A DNA stretch of 64,000 bases, from assembly GCA_002633005.1 (NCBI GenBank), contig NMRA01000825.1:58792-122791 (forward strand), read 5' to 3'. How positions within the stretch are numbered: the stretch's first letter is position 1; each line of letters begins with the position of its first letter. The position numbers and the translations under genes were made by a program. The notes under the pieces were generated by a model. That model saw only the letters and a list, made by a program, of their open reading frames with translations. It had not been told where the DNA came from and ran no database searches. This DNA comes from Phoronis australis (taxonomy: Eukaryota > Animalia > Phoronida). Shown piece by piece: positions 60,901 through 64,000 of the stretch.

Positions 60901-61770
60901 TCTTCAGCTTCCCTGGCAAGGGTTCTTTGTTCTTGTTAGGTAGATATAATTTGCAAAGGATATTTCACCCAGTTCTGAATGTTTGCTTCCTATGTCCCAA
61001 CAATATATTACTACACCCGATGGATGCTTTTATTGTGATTCTGTGGACTTTGCGAAGGCGTTCGACAGAGTTCTTTAAGAGATACTATAAGGTATATTAC
61101 AAAAATCTATGCACATAAAGCAACGTGCTTTATGTCTTGAAATTTAGTAAATTTCAGTTGTATGTAGGAACTTAAGATGGACAACAACCTTCATGACTTC
61201 TCCATCGGCACCTGACATGGGTTTTTGCTTGGTGCAAGCTTCGTTGGTGACGCATTGGAACAAAATTATTTAACTACTAGACAATGTCCAAAATATAACA
61301 GAGATTTGATAGAATAAAGTCAGGCCGCTGCTCATTATGTAGGCCTTCATGAGGGCATGCAATCTGTATTATACTTGGCAAAACATTTATTTCAATTCAT
61401 ACTTCGTTCTTCTGATTTGTATGCTTCTAGATTGGCATGCTCTTATCCGCCTTGATGTATTGGCATCGTCTACTCGTTTATGTCACGAGTTGATGGTTTC
61501 GACGGCCTTATTAATCAGAAAAGCGACATCTGACGACTTGGTGCTGTGTGATTATCTACGGCCTAGCTGCAAATTTTCATACCGCGTTTTAGCGGACATG
61601 TCAGAGGTCGTGTCACAAAATGTAGGTTGTCAGTACTCCAACGGAGCCACAATATTGAGGGGTCTGGTGATACGTCGCGTTTTAGTTGTAGTAATTGGTG
61701 AACTGACCAGTACCCCCACAATTAGATTGATTGTAATTATTAATCTGTCTCTATTTCAGATATGTCCTGA
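57917..61770 (+). CDS. Putative secreted PAN/apple + TLDc domain protein (about 289 aa)
   Basis: Exon 1, 57917-58256 (alternative ATG 57896): hydrophobic signal MFNVVSVVSVLLVLFFAQVEG and a PAN/apple pattern (C...CAAECSRDESCDAFAF...C). A phase-1 intron leads to exon 2, 59830-60348, with TLDc motifs LLYRATRDG, FHDKCD.KG, GGYAS.SW, AFVFRL, GPTFG.G.DL, DVEVW. The last exon is uncertain; the best candidate is 61760-61770 (D-M-S-stop). Confidence 0.8.
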
Positions 61771-63345
61771 CTCGCTGGGAAGACAGAGTGTACACTCTTA
61801 ACTAACCTAGCTAGATTCATCAGCGAACTTTTTAAGTGGAGAAGTTATGAACGACTAAAAGTATAAAGGAAGAATTAGTAAGAAAACACACTCTCGTTTA
61901 CGTAAATGTGTAGAAAGGAACTCATCATTTGTCGTCTACGTACCATTCTTTATCCCATACGCGTTGAATCTGTCGAGGGAAATACGGCCGTGTAATAAAG
62001 TTTTCCGTATTCACCTCCCGCACTACTTCAACAGTGACCTCTGACATGGAAAGTTTAAAAGATAGGGCAATGTCGACTCGACGTCGTTAGCCGGTTAGAT
62101 CATCAAACTGTCGGAAAATAGTTTAAAGTAATACAATTGTAGCAGTGTAAATAACGCTCAACGTGCAATCAGGTCTCAATCGTAACATCTGGAACAGGAC
62201 TGTTAATTACATGACGTTCTGTCTCAGATTTTATTTGCTAAATATTATATCGTCTGCAACTCAGGCGCCGATTCCTCGATAACTACAATATCTAATTTTG
62301 TGGTTATTTAACTATTTTCAGGAGATGTTACAAGTTCAGTGCAAAGTTACCGTTGTTTTCATCTCTGTTATCTCTTTTGAAGTAATAAATCGTCACATTT
62401 AAAACTGTTTCTTTTACTAGAGAAAACATGCAGCCTAACGCGCAAGTACATACATATAGGATGTGATCCGCCACGTGAACAGTCTGAGTGAATTAAGTAT
62501 TTAAAGAATCTGCGGAAAAATGAAAAAATTTAGGAATTCGAAGCGTATGGGACATTATTCCGTATATCGACCTCGACCTTCGGTCTCGGTCGATACGCGT
62601 AATAATGTCTGGTGGGATATTACTTCATGTAGGCCAATCGAGGTGCGTTTTGTGTATGTACGTGCTAGTTCGAGCAGGCGGGTATAGTTTGCTCTACGCG
62701 TGCGTTCTAACGAGTAGTAAATGCATGTCAAATACGGTTTATAATGCACTGAAATACACTAGAAATCATTTTTGAGAATTCCAGTATCAAACCAATTAAC
62801 TTAATTTGCGTTTTGTTATCAATTACATTTTAATTACAATACAAATGTGAAAAGTGCCTTTCACCCCATCCGTGACGCGACCTTACTTCCAAAACTTTAA
62901 AAATGAAGAAAATCCTAAACAAATACACAAAATGTTCCTGACGTCACTCAGATGCCGACGTAAGCTGTTGGAATGACTAAATGTCCCACTGTGTGATTTA
63001 GAATTCCACAAGTGTGGCAATCGTGAATTTGAATGCCTGGAGCATGACACAAATTGACACAGATCAGATGCCACGGAACGAGAAGGTCAAGCGCAAGTAT
63101 GTGTGTAAACAGCCGAGTTCAGTAATATGCTAGGACCTCGTTAAACAACAAGAGAGATTACGTGAGATATTGCCAAACCAGAAAGCGTGGTTTTGGTTAC
63201 CCACGACTGACACGGGGCAAATTCACACCAAGTACGGTGACAACTTTTGTCACCACTTTGTCATGCGGAGCAACTTGCGCCCAATCATCCTCCTCAACGT
63301 CAACTATATGTCTAAACACGAAATTGGGGCAAGACTGCAGGAATC

Positions 63346-64000
63346 ATTACTCTGCGCGTGTAAGCGCAGAGTACTGTTGTTCCTGGGTTTTCTTCAATTT
63401 TATTACTCTGCGCGTGTAAGCGCAGAGTACTGTTGTTCCTGATTTTCAAAATGCTACTCCTCCTTCAGTTTTAAAGCTATCTTTTTCAAATTCAGTGCAC
63501 AGTTATAAGTCAACATGACAATTTAAAAAATTACTTTTCTACGTAATCGGGTCATCCAATCAGGTGAAATAGGTGAAAGGTCATTATGTGCAAACTAAAA
63601 TTTTGAGCTAGACACTTCAAATTGACAAGTCTGATTGCCACAAGTAAATCAAATAAGAATCCAAAGTTTCAGGTCATTTAGTGCAAACATGAGGTCATTA
63701 GGTGCATTTTTCTTCTGAAAATTTGACCTTTTCAATCAGCAAGTATTTTGATGTGTCAACCGTTAGACAACTGTGATTCTCAGCGTTAAACACGTTTTCC
63801 ATGGGCTTTGCAATAATTCTCCTAAAGATGCTTAAAATGCACCGCATAAGGTCAATTAGTGCAAAGGTCATGTAACGTTCAAAATGTTATATCTCTTACG
63901 TTTTTCAAGGAATTCTTTTCAATTTCAGCACACTGGTGTAAGTCAACATGCCAATTGAATACCCTACTTTACTTCGCAATAGGCCTAACCAATCAGAAAA
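63346..64000 (+). mobile_element. HINE-like element (family 2) with a duplicated 5' terminus, running off the window
   Basis: ATTACTCTGCGCGTGTAAGCGCAGAGTACTGTTGTTCCTG occurs at 63346 and 63402 and matches the reverse complement of about 190-247. Internal repeats (TTTTCAA.TTCAG..CAC...GT..TAAGTCAACATG) are at about 63483 and 63917. Confidence 0.6.

Noticed and set aside
61349-61801. 150-aa ORF
   Set aside because: No recognisable domain; it lies mostly in the probable intron 2 of the PAN-TLDc gene.

Overview
AT-rich, intron-containing animal genomic DNA (probably a mollusc or other lophotrochozoan; this is inferred from repeat style and protein sequence). I reconstructed three genes by hand from splice sites. 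(1) RPS6, minus strand, 5 exons, 246 aa, 13584-4949. (2) A head-to-head SFI1 centrin-binding protein homolog, plus strand, 28 exons, about 1411 aa, 13733-42501. Its ATG lies about 150 bp from the RPS6 ATG, and it has a U12-type intron. (3) An unusual gene encoding signal peptide + PAN/apple + cysteine-rich TLDc domain, 57917 to about 61770. Introns and intergenic DNA hold many distinct minisatellites, MITE/foldback elements, Helentron-type non-autonomous elements (one with 11 co-oriented CTCF-like motifs), a Penelope GIY-YIG fragment, a decayed LINE reverse transcriptase and a gag zinc-knuckle remnant. Assembly gaps are at 2303-2368, 6949 and 39207. Most ORFs in the supplied track are spurious or are exon fragments. 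Repeat coordinates are approximate.
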